Positions 40,387 through 52,430 of a stretch of 64,000 nucleotides of DNA are shown here, one piece after another. Source of the stretch: an uncultured cyanobacterium (GTDB lineage: Bacteria > Cyanobacteriota > Cyanobacteriia > Cyanobacteriales > Nostocaceae). Within the stretch, counting starts at the first letter, position 1. Each line of letters starts with the position of its first letter. The translations under genes and the position numbers were made by a program. Location: assembly GCA_963740315.1 (NCBI GenBank), contig CAVUDP010000002.1, positions 1,152,001 through 1,216,000 on the forward strand. Direction: 5' to 3'. The notes beneath the pieces were generated by a model. That model worked only from the letters and a program-made list of their open reading frames with translations, did no database searches and was not told the DNA's origin.

Positions 40387-40587
40387 GTTGGTAGTCAGAA
40401 CTTTAGTTCTTGGAGGGCTGAAGCCCTTACTACGAACGATGATGTTTTACGTAATTTAACGGTCAAGGCTTATGTTAAATGCGCTTTTTAAAACACAAGT
40501 TTCTAACTGTAGTTAGGTTGGTAGTCAGAACTTTAGTTCTTGGAGGGCTGAAGCCCTTACTACGAACGATGATGTTTTACGTAATTT
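40356..40587. repeat. Direct repeat, ~100 bp x2 with 130-bp period, of FHA 3' end plus palindromic repeat
   Basis: TTTTAAAACACAAGTTTCTAACTGTAGTTAGG...GTAATTT at 40356 and 40486. Confidence 0.92.
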
Positions 40588-40736
40588 CACGTTATTTTAA
40601 AGTTTATGTTAGTAGCATAAAGATAATGGGAACTATAACTTCAGATATATGAAAACTTTACCCCTTTCCCCTTAATAATTTGGAGGATGTGAATTCGTAA
40701 ACAGTTATTAATTAAAACACTTATAAAACATCTACA

Positions 40737-43307
40737 ATGATTCATCTTTTTCAAAAACGTTGCTGGCTGTATATCAGTCTGAGCTTTTTTAGTTTATGTT
40801 TGGTACTATTACCAATATTTTGGAATCTTAACCCTGCTACTGCTTCTTTTAAAGATTCTTCCACGGTAGTTAAGCAAGTAAATATAGATACAAATCCTTT
40901 AACACAAGGAAGAAAGCTCTATCAGCAAGGGCGTTTTGCGGAAGCTGCGAATGTTTGGCAGGCAGCAGCGAAACAATATCAAATTCAGAACGATACTTTA
41001 AATCAAGCGCTAAGTTTAAGCTATCTTTCTCTAGCTCAACAAGAATTACAGCAGCTAGATAGTTCGCAAAAATCGGTTAGTAAGGCTTTGGAATTATTAA
41101 AAACTGCTAAACCTGCTGCCGATGCAATTGTCTGGGCGCAGGTATTGAATACTCAAGCTGGTTTGCAGTTACATACGGGGAAAGCGCAAGCAGCAGTAGA
41201 AAGCTGGCAGCAAGCTCAGAAATATTACGAGCAAGCGGGGGATAAGGAAGGAAGTCTGGGCAGTCAAATCAATCAGGCTCAGGCTTTGCAAAGTATGGGT
41301 TTTTATCGTCGCTCTAGAAAGCAGTTGGAAGCGATAAATCAGAAACTGCAAGATATGCCAGATTCGGAAATCAAGGTAAGTGCTTTGCGGAGTCTTGGGA
41401 TAACTTTGCAGTCGATGGGAATTTCTCAACAGAGTCAAGAAGTTCTCATCGAAGGTTATAAAACAGCGAAAAAAATTAAGGCAGATAATCAAGTCAGCAG
41501 CATTTTACAAACTTTGGGTAAAACTGCTGTCGATTTAGAAAATCCCGATGATGCCTTACAATTCTTTGAAGAAGCAGAAAAAGCCGCGAGCAATCCTCAA
41601 GATAAATTACAGTCGCGTTTAAAACAGTTCAAATTGTTTGCCGATTATGGTGTTGATAATTATGCAACTTCTCTAGCTCCTCAACTTTTTGTGCAACTCA
41701 ACGAATTACCTCCGAGTCGTACATCTCTCTACAGCAGAATTAATTTTATTGCCGCTTTCAGTAAGTTAGAAAATCCCCTTCGCCTTATACCTTTGAAGGA
41801 TTTGGGTAATATGCTAGCGAAAACTGTCAAAGAAGCTCGACAAATTGAGGATTATCTTGCAGAAGCTTACGCTCTCAAGCAATGGGGTGAGTTTTATCGG
41901 TTTACGGGACAGTTTTCGTCAGCAGAAAAGTTAACTCAACAGTCTTTGGATATAGCCCGTCAACTGGAATCGGAAGATATTATTGCTCAAGCTGCTTGGG
42001 AATTAGGACGTTTGCACAAACAGCAGAATAAAAATAAACAGGCGATCGCTAACTACACCGAAGCTGTAAATGCTCTCAAATCAATTCGCACGGATTTAGT
42101 AGCAGTAAATTCAGACGTGCAGTTTTCATTCCGCGAAAGTGTAGAACCTGTTTACAGAGAATTGGTAGGATTATTACTCGAAGGGAAACCCGCTCAAGAT
42201 AATCTCGTGCAAGCCAGAGATTTAATTGAATCATTGCAGGTTGCCGAATTAGATAACTTTTTACGGGAAGCTTGTTTGGATAAAGCCGAGCAAATTGACA
42301 AAATCGATGCTACTGCAACGGTAGTCTATCCGATTATTCTCGAAGACCGTTTAGCGGTGATTTACTCGAAAGCCGGACAGCCACTGTCTTACAGCATTAC
42401 TAACAAATCCACTCAAGAAGTCGAACAAACTTTAAGGCAATTATCAGCCGCTTTAAATCCAGTCTCCGATGTTCGCGATCGCGATCGTTTATCCAAACAA
42501 GTTTACGATTGGCTGATTAGTCCCCTGGAAGCTCAACCAAATCTCAAAGATACTAAAACCTTGGTATTTGTTTTAGATGGCTTATTGCGGAATATACCGA
42601 TGTCGGCACTTTATGACGGGCAGCAATATTTAATTGAAAAGTATGCCGTTACCCTTTCACCGGGATTGCAATTGATGCAGGGAACGTCATTAAAATCGAA
42701 TAATATTAAAGCAGTTGTAGCGGGTATTAGCGAAGCTCGTGCTGGCTTTAGTTCGCTTCCGGCAGTAAAGACTGAAGTCAAACAAATCTCTGAGAAAGTA
42801 AATTCCACCTCTACTTTACTCAACGAGAACCTAACAGAAGCAAGCCTAGCTAAAAAGGTAAAAAATGGTTCTGCGAATGTAGTTCATTTAGCTACTCACG
42901 GACAGTTTAGTTCTCGTTTAGATGACACATTTCTCCTGACTTGGGATGGGCAAATTAATATTAAAGAACTTTCCGAACTATTGCGAAATCGACAAAACAA
43001 GCAATCGCAAAATATCGATTTATTAGTATTAAGTGCCTGCGACACCGCAGCAGGAGACAACCGTGCTGTTTTAGGATTAGCTGGCTTAGCAATTAAATCC
43101 GGCGCACGTTCCACAATCGCCTCTTTATGGCCCGTTAAAGACCAAGCTACAGTGACTTTAATGAATAGCTTTTACGAAAACTTGATAAAGCCAGGAACGA
43201 ATAAAGCAGAAGCCCTCAGACAAGCTCAGATAGAGTTAATGCAAAAAACAGACTTCAAAGAGCCGTTTTTCTGGTCTGCATTTGTTTTAGTCGGGAATTG
43301 GCAGTAG
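40737..43307 (+). CDS. Exported TPR + CHAT (caspase-like) protease
   Basis: N-terminal hydrophobic signal; TPR helices; catalytic VHLATHG and LSACDT; FWSAFVLVGNW. Confidence 0.93.
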   Translation: MIHLFQKRCWLYISLSFFSLCLVLLPIFWNLNPATASFKDSSTVVKQVNIDTNPLTQGRKLYQQGRFAEAANVWQAAAKQYQIQNDTLNQALSLSYLSLAQQELQQLDSSQKSVSKALELLKTAKPAADAIVWAQVLNTQAGLQLHTGKAQAAVESWQQAQKYYEQAGDKEGSLGSQINQAQALQSMGFYRRSRKQLEAINQKLQDMPDSEIKVSALRSLGITLQSMGISQQSQEVLIEGYKTAKKIKADNQVSSILQTLGKTAVDLENPDDALQFFEEAEKAASNPQDKLQSRLKQFKLFADYGVDNYATSLAPQLFVQLNELPPSRTSLYSRINFIAAFSKLENPLRLIPLKDLGNMLAKTVKEARQIEDYLAEAYALKQWGEFYRFTGQFSSAEKLTQQSLDIARQLESEDIIAQAAWELGRLHKQQNKNKQAIANYTEAVNALKSIRTDLVAVNSDVQFSFRESVEPVYRELVGLLLEGKPAQDNLVQARDLIESLQVAELDNFLREACLDKAEQIDKIDATATVVYPIILEDRLAVIYSKAGQPLSYSITNKSTQEVEQTLRQLSAALNPVSDVRDRDRLSKQVYDWLISPLEAQPNLKDTKTLVFVLDGLLRNIPMSALYDGQQYLIEKYAVTLSPGLQLMQGTSLKSNNIKAVVAGISEARAGFSSLPAVKTEVKQISEKVNSTSTLLNENLTEASLAKKVKNGSANVVHLATHGQFSSRLDDTFLLTWDGQINIKELSELLRNRQNKQSQNIDLLVLSACDTAAGDNRAVLGLAGLAIKSGARSTIASLWPVKDQATVTLMNSFYENLIKPGTNKAEALRQAQIELMQKTDFKEPFFWSAFVLVGNWQ

Positions 43308-43866
43308 GTAGATGCTAGTCGCAATGTTGGGTTACGACACAATTAATTAATGTAGAGACGTAGCAGTGCTACGTCTCCCGATAATTTAGATAAAAACGAA
43401 CCCGTCAGAATAAATAAAATGAACATTAGTATTTCATTGCATCAAATTTGACGGGTTTGTAGTAAGGGCATCGGTTCCCTAAATCCGGAGCGCTGAAGCG
43501 CTTACTACGAACCTTTTTACCCTTCAAAACTAATGAAAAAGACTACTAGTATTTCGTTGCATTAATTTCAATCGATCGCACCTACGGTGATGGGTTTGTT
43601 TACACCCTAAACCCTGTAGAGATGTAATATATCGCGTCTCTACAACTTTGCAAGAAAGTTACAAAAACAACTCTAATCTAAGTAATTCTCTCAATTCAAA
43701 TAATAAGTAATATTTTTAAAATAGAAATAGATTTTTTAATCTCAAGCTTGAGAAACAAAACTTCCTCAATACAAGCTTTTTAATATTTCGCTACTGGAAT
43801 TTTATGAACAACCATCAATCCGAAAAAATATTTAGAAGCATCAAAATTTGGAATAAGGAGTAATAA

Positions 43867-44920
43867 ATGAAACATAAAATCGTGGCTAGTACTTTAGGCT
43901 TTGCCTTGATTGCTAGTGCAGGATGGATACCATCACAAAAGGTTAATGCTGTAATGTTTAGTGCCCCACCTGATAGTGGCGCTCCGAGTCAAGCCACAGG
44001 TGGGGCTTCTCGTGGCGGCTTATTTACTCGCAAATCCGGTGAATCTGCTCCGAATCGAGCCACGGGTGGGGCTTCAAGAAGCGGTTTATTTACTCGCAAA
44101 TCCGGTGAATCTGCTCCGCAAAGAACTACGGGTGGGGCTTCGAGAAGCGGCTTATTTACTCGCAAATCCGGTGAATCTGCTCCGCAAAGAACTACGGGTG
44201 GGGCTTCGAGAAGCGGCTTATTTACTCGCAAATCTGGTGAATCTGCTCCCCAAAGAACTAGGGGTGGGGCTTCTCGTAACGGCTTATTTACTCGTAAATC
44301 TGGTGAATCTGCTCCGCAAAGAACTGCGGGTGGTGCATCGCGGGAAGGTCGCCGTTATCTAAATGTTGCCGACAGTACCATAGAGCAACCAGCGGCTATT
44401 TTGGCGCTTTTACCTCAAACCTACTTTGGAACAACGGTTTCTCAACGTGCTTCTATTTTGGTTTATCTACCTCAATCGGAAGCAAGAGAAGGTGTTTTTA
44501 GTCTCAAGGATGCTGAAGGTAATACCTTACATGAAATGAATGTACCAGTATCCGGTCAAACTGAAGTTATTTCGATTCGAAGTTCCTACCGATTTAAAAC
44601 TAGAGAAAAACTACCAGTGGTTTCTAGCATTAAAAATTGACGGAGAACTTACTACTAGAACGCCTTATGTTGATGGTTGGATTAAGCGCATTCAACCGTC
44701 GAAAGAAATAGCAATGGCGATGCAGCAAAAAGATTTACTCAAGCAAGCAACAGCTTTGGGCAAGGATGGTGTTTGGTATGACTGCGTGGCAACATTAGCT
44801 AAATTACGAGCTACTCAACCAAACAATCCAAGTTTAGATAAACACTGGTCAGAATTGCTTGAATCTGTTGAACTCCAGCAAATTGAAAAAGCTCCCGTAG
44901 TAGCTCTTAATCAATTTTAG
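43867..44920 (+). CDS. Exported DUF928 protein with six GGASR repeats; one +1 frameshift near 44578
   Basis: Signal peptide; GTTVSQRASILVYLP, NYQWF, VDGWIKR, GVWYD spread over two frames. Confidence 0.85.
43981..44346 (+). repeat. Intragenic 66-bp (22-aa) tandem repeat, 5 full + 1 partial
   Basis: Units start 43981, 44047, 44113, 44179, 44245, 44311. Confidence 0.95.
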
Positions 44921-45201
44921 ATTGTAGGACGGTTTCAACTATGGAACCGTCTCTTATGTTTGTAAATCCAGTTGAGAAGTCGGGTTTTTGAGAGTATCTG
45001 TAACAATCTGACAATTTTATAAAAACCCGACTTCTGACCATTGCGTTTCATCGAACTCACATTAAAATCGCGCTCGAATCAGCCCTGCTTTCTTAAGGGG
45101 GGTTGAGGGGATCGATCCGCACCGCTCGCCGCGAACAGTATCTAGAAGATTATCTTTTCATATATTTTTTAAATCCCAAATATAAAATCCAAAATATATT
45201 T

Positions 45202-48003
45202 ATGTGGTCTAAATTAAAATCTTTTTTTCGACGAAATCGCAGCGTTTTTATTATTACTCCTACCGTGACTGCTGCTGTTGTTATTGCACAGGGAGTAGGA
45301 TTATTTAATTTATCGGAATGGCAAACCAGAGATTGGTTTTTTCGCTTACGTTCCCAAATAGAGAGCAAAGATTTAGCTTCAGAAATTGTAGTGGTAACTA
45401 TTGATGAAGAAGATATCCAAAAAGTAGGAGAATGGCCGATTCCCGATGCTGAGCTTGCCGATTTAATCGATAAAATTCGATCGCAAAAACCTCGATCTAT
45501 TGGTTTAGATTTATACAGAGATTTACCGGAAGGAAAGGGACACGAACAACTTGTAAAAGTCTTTCAAACGACTCCAAACTTATTCGGAGTTGAGAAAATT
45601 ACCGGGAACAAAGTTAAGCCGCCACCGGAGTTAAAAAAGCAGGGGCAGGTGAGTTTAGCTGACTTGGTTTTAGATGGCGATCGCCACGTGCGGCGTGCGT
45701 TGTTGTCGGCGAAAGATAAGGATGAAAACAATATTGATAAGGGAAGTTTAGCGACTGTTGTAGCTTTAAAGTATCTGGAAGCTGAAGGAATTTCTTTAGA
45801 ACCTTTTGACGAGAAAGGGGAAAAGTTCAAGTTGGGTAAACAAATTCATTCACCACTAAAGAATTTAGAGGCTGGCTATTCTGATACAGCCGGGTATCAA
45901 ATATTAGTTAATTGGTACGGCTCGGAAACTGCATTTACGACGGTATCAATGCGCGATGTTATAGCCGGAAAAATACCCAAAGAGATAATGCGCGATCGCA
46001 TGGTATTTATCGGTTCGACTGCTGAGAGTACTAATGATTTCTTCGGTACTCCTTTTAGTTCATCTTGGTTAACTACGGGAACTCCTACTCCAGGGGTTGT
46101 TATTCATGCCAATATCGCTTTGCAATTGGTACATGGAGCAAGAACTGGAAAAGGTAATTTGAAGGGTTTGTCTGGAATATATTTTCTAGTTTGGATAACT
46201 TTTTATTCGGCTGTGGGTTCGGTTGGTAGTTGGTGTTTGGCAAAAACTTATAAAAAAAAGCGTCTTCCGGGAGGCAATATTTTATGGGCAACTGTAGGAA
46301 TTACTGCGGGATTTATTTATGGTAGCTACTATATATTTTTAAATGGTTTCTTAATACCCGTTACCCCAGCTTTAGCGGCTTTTATTAGTAGTGTTGTTGC
46401 AACTACTAATGCTTATAAACAAAAGAAGCTGGTGCAAAGCAATCGTCAGTTAGAAGCTGCCAATAACAAATTATTAGATTACTCTAAAACTTTAGAAGCA
46501 AAAGTTGAAGAAAGAACCCACGAATTAAAAGAAGCGAAACTTGCTGCTGATAGTGCAAATCAAGCTAAAAGTGAGTTTCTTGCCAATATGAGTCACGAGT
46601 TACGCACGCCACTAAACGGTATTCTTGGTTACGCTCAGGTATTAGAAAGAAACCCCGATATTAGCGGCAAAAGCTTGGAAGGTGTGGGTATTATTCGTCA
46701 GTGTGGTTCGCATTTGCTGATGTTACTTAACGATATTTTAGACCTTTCTAAAATTGAAGCTCGTAAATTAGAATTGTTTCCCAGTACCGTTCATTTACCA
46801 AGCTTTTTGAATGGCGTTACAGAAATTTGTCGGATTCGAGCGGAACAAAAAGGTATTTTATTTAATGTTGTTTTAGATCGGGATTTACCCCCAGCAGTGG
46901 AAGTTGATGAAAAACGATTGCGGCAAGTACTAATTAATTTAATGGGTAATGCAATTAAGTTTACCGATATAGGTGGAGTAACTTTAAAAGTTAATCGGCT
47001 CGAACAACAAGATATAGAAAAAAATCATACACATTGCACTATTTGCTTTTCTATAGAAGATACAGGCGTGGGTATGTCGCCGGAACAATTGCAGAAAATA
47101 TTTAAACCTTTCGAGCAAGTTGGTGATGTCGGAAAACGTCCCGATGGTACTGGTTTGGGATTAACAATTAGCCAGAGAATTACGGCGTTGATGGGAAGTA
47201 AAATCCAAGTAGAAAGTAGCTTGGGTGAAGGAAGTATTTTTTCTGTGGAACTTACGGTACCAATTAACGATGACTATGCAGCAGGAATAGGCTCAACTCA
47301 ACAAAAAATTATCGGGATTCAAGGAAATACGCGGCAAATTCTGATTGTTGAAGATGATAAGAATCACCTCAATGTATTGAGCAATATATTACAAGCAATT
47401 AGCTTTCGTACTTTAGAAGCAACCGATGGTTTTGAAGGGCTAAAGTTAGCTACAGAAAATAATCCAGATGCGATTTTACTGGATTTAGCAATGCCGAATA
47501 TGGATGGTTTTGAACTAATGGTTAAACTTCAAGCTAATCCTCAAACATCTTCTATTCCGATTATTGTTTCTAGCGCTAGCGTTTTTGATGCAGATAGACA
47601 GCGCAGTTTAGAAGCCGGAGCAAAAAGTTTTTTACCGAAACCTTTGCAAGCGGAAGAATTAACTAATACCTTGGGAAATATCTTAAATTTGGAATGGATT
47701 TTAGATGTTTCTAATTCTAATCTTGGTAATACAAGCAAAAGCGAAGACTCACCTGCTAATAAAACAGATTCCACCCCAGTTAAGATAATTCCTCCATCAG
47801 AAGAAATCGTGCAGCAACTATATCATTTAGCAATGATGGGTGATATTCCAGCAATTGAGGGAATACTAAAAGAAATATCAACAGAAGATAAACAATTATT
47901 GGGTTTCGTAGAGGAAATAAGTAAACTTACTACTAGCTTTCAAACTGCGAAAATTCGTAAGTTTCTCAAACAGTTTCTAGTTAAGGAATCAACTCAAAAA
48001 TGA
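45202..48003 (+). CDS. CHASE2-domain hybrid sensor histidine kinase/response regulator
   Basis: [25 protein letters not shown] (CHASE2); 3 [29 protein letters not shown]. Confidence 0.93.
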   Translation: MWSKLKSFFRRNRSVFIITPTVTAAVVIAQGVGLFNLSEWQTRDWFFRLRSQIESKDLASEIVVVTIDEEDIQKVGEWPIPDAELADLIDKIRSQKPRSIGLDLYRDLPEGKGHEQLVKVFQTTPNLFGVEKITGNKVKPPPELKKQGQVSLADLVLDGDRHVRRALLSAKDKDENNIDKGSLATVVALKYLEAEGISLEPFDEKGEKFKLGKQIHSPLKNLEAGYSDTAGYQILVNWYGSETAFTTVSMRDVIAGKIPKEIMRDRMVFIGSTAESTNDFFGTPFSSSWLTTGTPTPGVVIHANIALQLVHGARTGKGNLKGLSGIYFLVWITFYSAVGSVGSWCLAKTYKKKRLPGGNILWATVGITAGFIYGSYYIFLNGFLIPVTPALAAFISSVVATTNAYKQKKLVQSNRQLEAANNKLLDYSKTLEAKVEERTHELKEAKLAADSANQAKSEFLANMSHELRTPLNGILGYAQVLERNPDISGKSLEGVGIIRQCGSHLLMLLNDILDLSKIEARKLELFPSTVHLPSFLNGVTEICRIRAEQKGILFNVVLDRDLPPAVEVDEKRLRQVLINLMGNAIKFTDIGGVTLKVNRLEQQDIEKNHTHCTICFSIEDTGVGMSPEQLQKIFKPFEQVGDVGKRPDGTGLGLTISQRITALMGSKIQVESSLGEGSIFSVELTVPINDDYAAGIGSTQQKIIGIQGNTRQILIVEDDKNHLNVLSNILQAISFRTLEATDGFEGLKLATENNPDAILLDLAMPNMDGFELMVKLQANPQTSSIPIIVSSASVFDADRQRSLEAGAKSFLPKPLQAEELTNTLGNILNLEWILDVSNSNLGNTSKSEDSPANKTDSTPVKIIPPSEEIVQQLYHLAMMGDIPAIEGILKEISTEDKQLLGFVEEISKLTTSFQTAKIRKFLKQFLVKESTQK

Positions 48004-49298
48004 ACGATATTCTCTCTAAATCAATGCATATTCTCTTAGTTGACGATAATCCAACCAATCTTAAGGTATTATTTGAGGCTATCCAGGGTTATGGCTGGAA
48101 AGCGCTGATGGCGACTGATGGTGAATCGGCAATCGAGCAAGCAGAATATGCTCAACCCGATTTAATTCTTCTAGATGTAATGATGCCACCGGGTATTGAT
48201 GGATTTGAAACCTGTCGCAGGTTAAAAGCTAATCCTAATACTGAAAATATTCCAGTTATTTTCATGACTGCTCTTTCCGATTCTATGGATAAAGTCAAAG
48301 GGTTGGAAATTGGTGCAGTTGACTACATTACCAAACCTTTTCAACACCAAGAAGTTATTGCTCGATTAAAACTACATTTGAAACTGTCTTTACTCACCCG
48401 CAATTTAGAGCAACAAGTACAGCAACGCACTTCAGAATTAACCCAATCTGTAGAGCAGTTACAGCAAGCCCAATTACAATTAATTCAAAGCGAGAAAATG
48501 TCAACTTTGGGACAGCTTGTTGCCGGTATCGGGCACGAAATTAATAACCCAGTTGGTTTTATTGGCGGAAATTGTTCCCATATTGAAGGATACATCAATG
48601 ATATTTTTACTCTGGTAAAGCTTCAACAGGAAAAGTTATCGGATTCTAATAATGAAGAAATCGAAGAATTTATTGAAGAAATTGATTTAGATTATTTGAT
48701 GGAAGATTTACCAAAAATGATGAAATCAATGCGTCAGGGAATCGCTCGTTTAAAAGATATCAGTTTATCTCTAAGAACTTTTGCTCGTGCCGATATTGCA
48801 TCTCAAGTAGAATATCAGATTCATGAAGGATTAAATAGCACTTTAATGCTACTCAAACATCGACTTAAAGATGTAGGAGATTGTCCGCAAATCGAGATTA
48901 TTAAAAATTATAGCGAGTTACCACCAATTACTTGCTATCCCGGACAATTAAATCAGGTATTTATGAATATTATCGCTAATGCGATCGATGCATTTGATGA
49001 TTTACACGATTCCGACGGAAAGATAGAGAAGGCACCATACAGCATTACAATCGCAACTTCTGTAGATTCCTCGCAAAATACTGTCTCAATTTGCATTCAA
49101 GATAACGCTTTGGGGATGACTCCCGAAGTACAGGCTCGAATTTTTGAGCAATCTTTTACTACTAAACCTGTAGGTAAAGGAACCGGATTAGGATTAGCGA
49201 TTAGCCGTCAAATTATTATCGATAAACATAACGGACAAATTGATTGTTTATCAACCCCCGGCAAGGAAACCAAATTTATAATTACTTTGCCAATTTAA
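48000..49298 (+). CDS. REC + histidine kinase hybrid protein
   Basis: [33 protein letters not shown]; overlaps upstream stop (ATGA). Confidence 0.92.
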   Translation: MNDILSKSMHILLVDDNPTNLKVLFEAIQGYGWKALMATDGESAIEQAEYAQPDLILLDVMMPPGIDGFETCRRLKANPNTENIPVIFMTALSDSMDKVKGLEIGAVDYITKPFQHQEVIARLKLHLKLSLLTRNLEQQVQQRTSELTQSVEQLQQAQLQLIQSEKMSTLGQLVAGIGHEINNPVGFIGGNCSHIEGYINDIFTLVKLQQEKLSDSNNEEIEEFIEEIDLDYLMEDLPKMMKSMRQGIARLKDISLSLRTFARADIASQVEYQIHEGLNSTLMLLKHRLKDVGDCPQIEIIKNYSELPPITCYPGQLNQVFMNIIANAIDAFDDLHDSDGKIEKAPYSITIATSVDSSQNTVSICIQDNALGMTPEVQARIFEQSFTTKPVGKGTGLGLAISRQIIIDKHNGQIDCLSTPGKETKFIITLPI

Positions 49299-49525
49299 CT
49301 TTTATCTCAATCAATTGATTCTATTTGATACTTGGAATTAATAACTATTTCTGATTGTATATATATTAAATTTAAGGGAGTAGCGAGTAAAGTAAGAGGT
49401 AAAAATCAACAAAGCGTGTTTATTTAACTTGGACTTTACTCTTTAACTTAGCAATTGATTTCAAACCCAAAAAACCATTATTTTGTTAACATTTTTTGTT
49501 CGAGGTTTCCTACTCCCTTTTATTA

Positions 49526-49759
49526 CTACTCTTTTCCTTGCCTGAGTTTATATGCGTTTCGCTGCAACAATTTCTTAGTTGTTACCAATACTACAACTAA
49601 TAGCAAAACCTGAATTACCCAAGGTGCTAAAATCAAACTCAAAACAAGACTAATTATGGCGAATAAACCTGCAAGATATCCCACTTCATCGCTACATCTG
49701 TTACAAATATAGCTAGTAATTACACAGATAGAAAGTGGAATCAGAAAAAACAAAGGCAT
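49526..49759 (-). CDS. Small hypothetical membrane protein
   Basis: 77 aa with hydrophobic segments; GGAG upstream. Confidence 0.6.
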   Translation of the reverse strand: MPLFFLIPLSICVITSYICNRCSDEVGYLAGLFAIISLVLSLILAPWVIQVLLLVVVLVTTKKLLQRNAYKLRQGKE

Positions 49760-50017
49760 CTCTTCTCAACTCCGAATTCAAATTATTTGCTTTTATACAA
49801 ACATAATAAAGCTGTTGCAAAAAGCGTATGTAATTAATATTACACCTTTTCAGCTTTAGGTTACAACGTCCTGCCTATACAAACAGCGTACCGGATAAAT
49901 AATCCGAATATTTTTTTATGGTTTAGTATATTAGCTTATCACTTATACTAACGCTCAACCAAAAATATGGGCGTAATATTACCTTTAATATAGTGTTCCT
50001 TTAAGAATCGCACCAAG

Positions 50018-52177
50018 ATGTTGAATATTCCCCAACTGTTAGCCACCGAACTTAATCTTAAGCCTTTTCAGGTAGAAAACGCGCTCTCATTATTTGCCGA
50101 AGGTGCGACTATCCCCTTTGTCGCACGTTACCGCAAAGAGCGTACTGGGGAGATGAATGAAACTCAGTTGCGCGATTTGTCGGATAGGTTCACTTATCTT
50201 ACAGAATTAGAAGACAGAAAATCAGTAATATTAAATGCCATTGAAGAACAAGATAAACTTACCCCGGAGTTAAAACAGCAAATCGAATTATGTTTGCAAA
50301 AGACAGAATTGGAAGATTTATATTTACCTTATCGTCCCAAACGTCGCACTCGCGCTACTATTGCCAAGGAAAAGGGACTGCTGGAGTTAGCTGAATTTAT
50401 TAAGTCGCTGAATGTTAAAAATGGTGCTTCAAGCGATTTGAATGCAGAAGCTGCTAGATATATAAATGCCGAAAAAGAAATTAAAACCGCAGAAGAAGCG
50501 CTTAAAGGTGCCAGCGATATTTTAGCGGAAGAAACAGCGGAAAAAGCTAAGTTAAGAGCATATTTACGCGAAATGTTGTTAGAAGAAGGGGTATTTGTTT
50601 CCAGCATTAAAGACGAACATCCCGAAGGTACGACAAAATATGAAATGTACCGCGATTATCAAATCAGAGTTAGCAATATTGCACCTCACAATATGTTGGC
50701 TTTGTGTCGGGGAGACAAGGAAAAGATATTAAGTTACGAAATTGCATTTGATGAAGATTATGTACTTGAGTATTTAGAATCCCAAGAAATTCGCAGCAGA
50801 CAGCCAGAAATTCGCAAATTTTATCAGCAAATGCTCAAAGACGCATTTAACCGCTTGATGAAAAACTCGCTGACGAATGAAGTTATATCCGAGAAAAAAG
50901 AATATGCAGATATTGAGTCAATCAAAACATTTGAAACCAACTTACGTAACTTATTACTGTCAGCACCAGCAGGAATGAAACCAGCGATCGCCATCGATCC
51001 GGGATTTAGAACTGGGTGTAAGGTGGCAATATTAGACGAAACCGGGAAGTTTCTGGAGTATCAAGCCGTATTTCCCCACACCGGAGCCGGAAAACGCAGC
51101 GAAGCCGCCAAAACGCTGCAAAATCTTATGGAAAAATATAAAGTTGAATTGATTGCGATCGGTAACGGTACAGCTTCCCGCGAAACCGACGAATTTGTTG
51201 CCGAAGTATTGCAGAATATGCAACTCAAACCAGTCAAAGTCATGGTAAACGAATCCGGTGCATCAATATATTCAGCCAGCAAAGTTGCGATCGAAGAATT
51301 TCCCGATTTAGATATTACCGTGCGCGGAGCCATTAGTATAGGTCGTCGCTTGCAAGATCCTTTAGCCGAATTAGTCAAAATTGACCCCAAATCCATCGGT
51401 GTGGGACAATATCAACACGATGTAGACCAAAAATTGCTCAAAAAGAAATTAGATGAAACCGTAGAAAGTTGTGTAAACTACGTTGGAGTTGACTTAAATA
51501 CAGCATCCAAAGAACTTTTAACATCCGTTTCCGGGATTACGTCTAGCATTGCTAATAATATAGTTCAATATAGAAACGAAAACGGAGCTTTCAAAAATCG
51601 CCGTCAGTTATTAAAAGTTGCTAAATTAGGACCAAAAGCATTTGAACAAGCAGCAGGTTTCCTAAGAATTCGCGGTGGTGAAAACCCTTTAGATAACACC
51701 GCAGTGCATCCAGAAAGTTATGCAGTAATAAAGAATATTGCTGCTGATTTGAAAGTAGAATTAAAGCAAGTTACTCAAATAGCTGAAAAACTCAAAAAAG
51801 CCGACTTTAAAAAGTACGTCACCGACAAAGTTGGGGAACCGACATTAAGAGATATTATCGGCGAATTAGAAAAACCCGGAAGAGATCCCCGTGCTGAATT
51901 TAAGTATGCGACTTTTAAAGAAGGAGTTAATGAAATTTCCGATTTAGAAGAAGGAATGGTATTAGAAGGAGTTGTGACAAACGTGGCTAACTTTGGGGCT
52001 TTCGTAGATGTAGGAGTGCATCAAGACGGTTTGGTGCATATATCTCAATTAGCGAATCAATTTGTGAAAGATCCCAAAGAGATAGTTAAAGTTGGGGAAG
52101 TTGTGAAAGTTAAGGTTTTAGAAGTTAATCAGAAATTGAAGCGGATTGGGTTATCGATGAAAGCAGTTACGCAGTAA
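50018..52177 (+). CDS. tex: Tex family RNA-binding transcriptional accessory protein
   Basis: GATIPFVARYRKE, DPGFRTGCK, IGVGQYQHD, C-terminal S1 domain. Confidence 0.96.
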   Translation: MLNIPQLLATELNLKPFQVENALSLFAEGATIPFVARYRKERTGEMNETQLRDLSDRFTYLTELEDRKSVILNAIEEQDKLTPELKQQIELCLQKTELEDLYLPYRPKRRTRATIAKEKGLLELAEFIKSLNVKNGASSDLNAEAARYINAEKEIKTAEEALKGASDILAEETAEKAKLRAYLREMLLEEGVFVSSIKDEHPEGTTKYEMYRDYQIRVSNIAPHNMLALCRGDKEKILSYEIAFDEDYVLEYLESQEIRSRQPEIRKFYQQMLKDAFNRLMKNSLTNEVISEKKEYADIESIKTFETNLRNLLLSAPAGMKPAIAIDPGFRTGCKVAILDETGKFLEYQAVFPHTGAGKRSEAAKTLQNLMEKYKVELIAIGNGTASRETDEFVAEVLQNMQLKPVKVMVNESGASIYSASKVAIEEFPDLDITVRGAISIGRRLQDPLAELVKIDPKSIGVGQYQHDVDQKLLKKKLDETVESCVNYVGVDLNTASKELLTSVSGITSSIANNIVQYRNENGAFKNRRQLLKVAKLGPKAFEQAAGFLRIRGGENPLDNTAVHPESYAVIKNIAADLKVELKQVTQIAEKLKKADFKKYVTDKVGEPTLRDIIGELEKPGRDPRAEFKYATFKEGVNEISDLEEGMVLEGVVTNVANFGAFVDVGVHQDGLVHISQLANQFVKDPKEIVKVGEVVKVKVLEVNQKLKRIGLSMKAVTQ

Positions 52178-52430
52178 TAATGTAGAGACGTAGCACTGCT
52201 ACGTCTCCCCGGATTTAGATTACCAACGAAAATGTAGCGGTGGATTGAGTTCAAACGCGCACTAAATATTGTTATAAATTATCGATTTTACCCGCATCCA
52301 CCAGGGGTTGCAAACCCCTGTCTAATAGCATAAGTCCATTAAAATGGACTGGAAATCTAATATTAAATAAACAGTAATATTCTTAAATTTTTCTTTTTAC
52401 ATTACGTGTATATGTATAAAATGCAAAATT

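Noticed and set aside
43981..44346. CRISPR array
   Set aside because: Contiguous in-frame 66-bp coding repeats with no unique spacers and no cas genes
44560..44600. Programmed ribosomal frameshift in DUF928
   Set aside because: No slippery sequence; same +1 pattern as three other sites, which favours sequencing error
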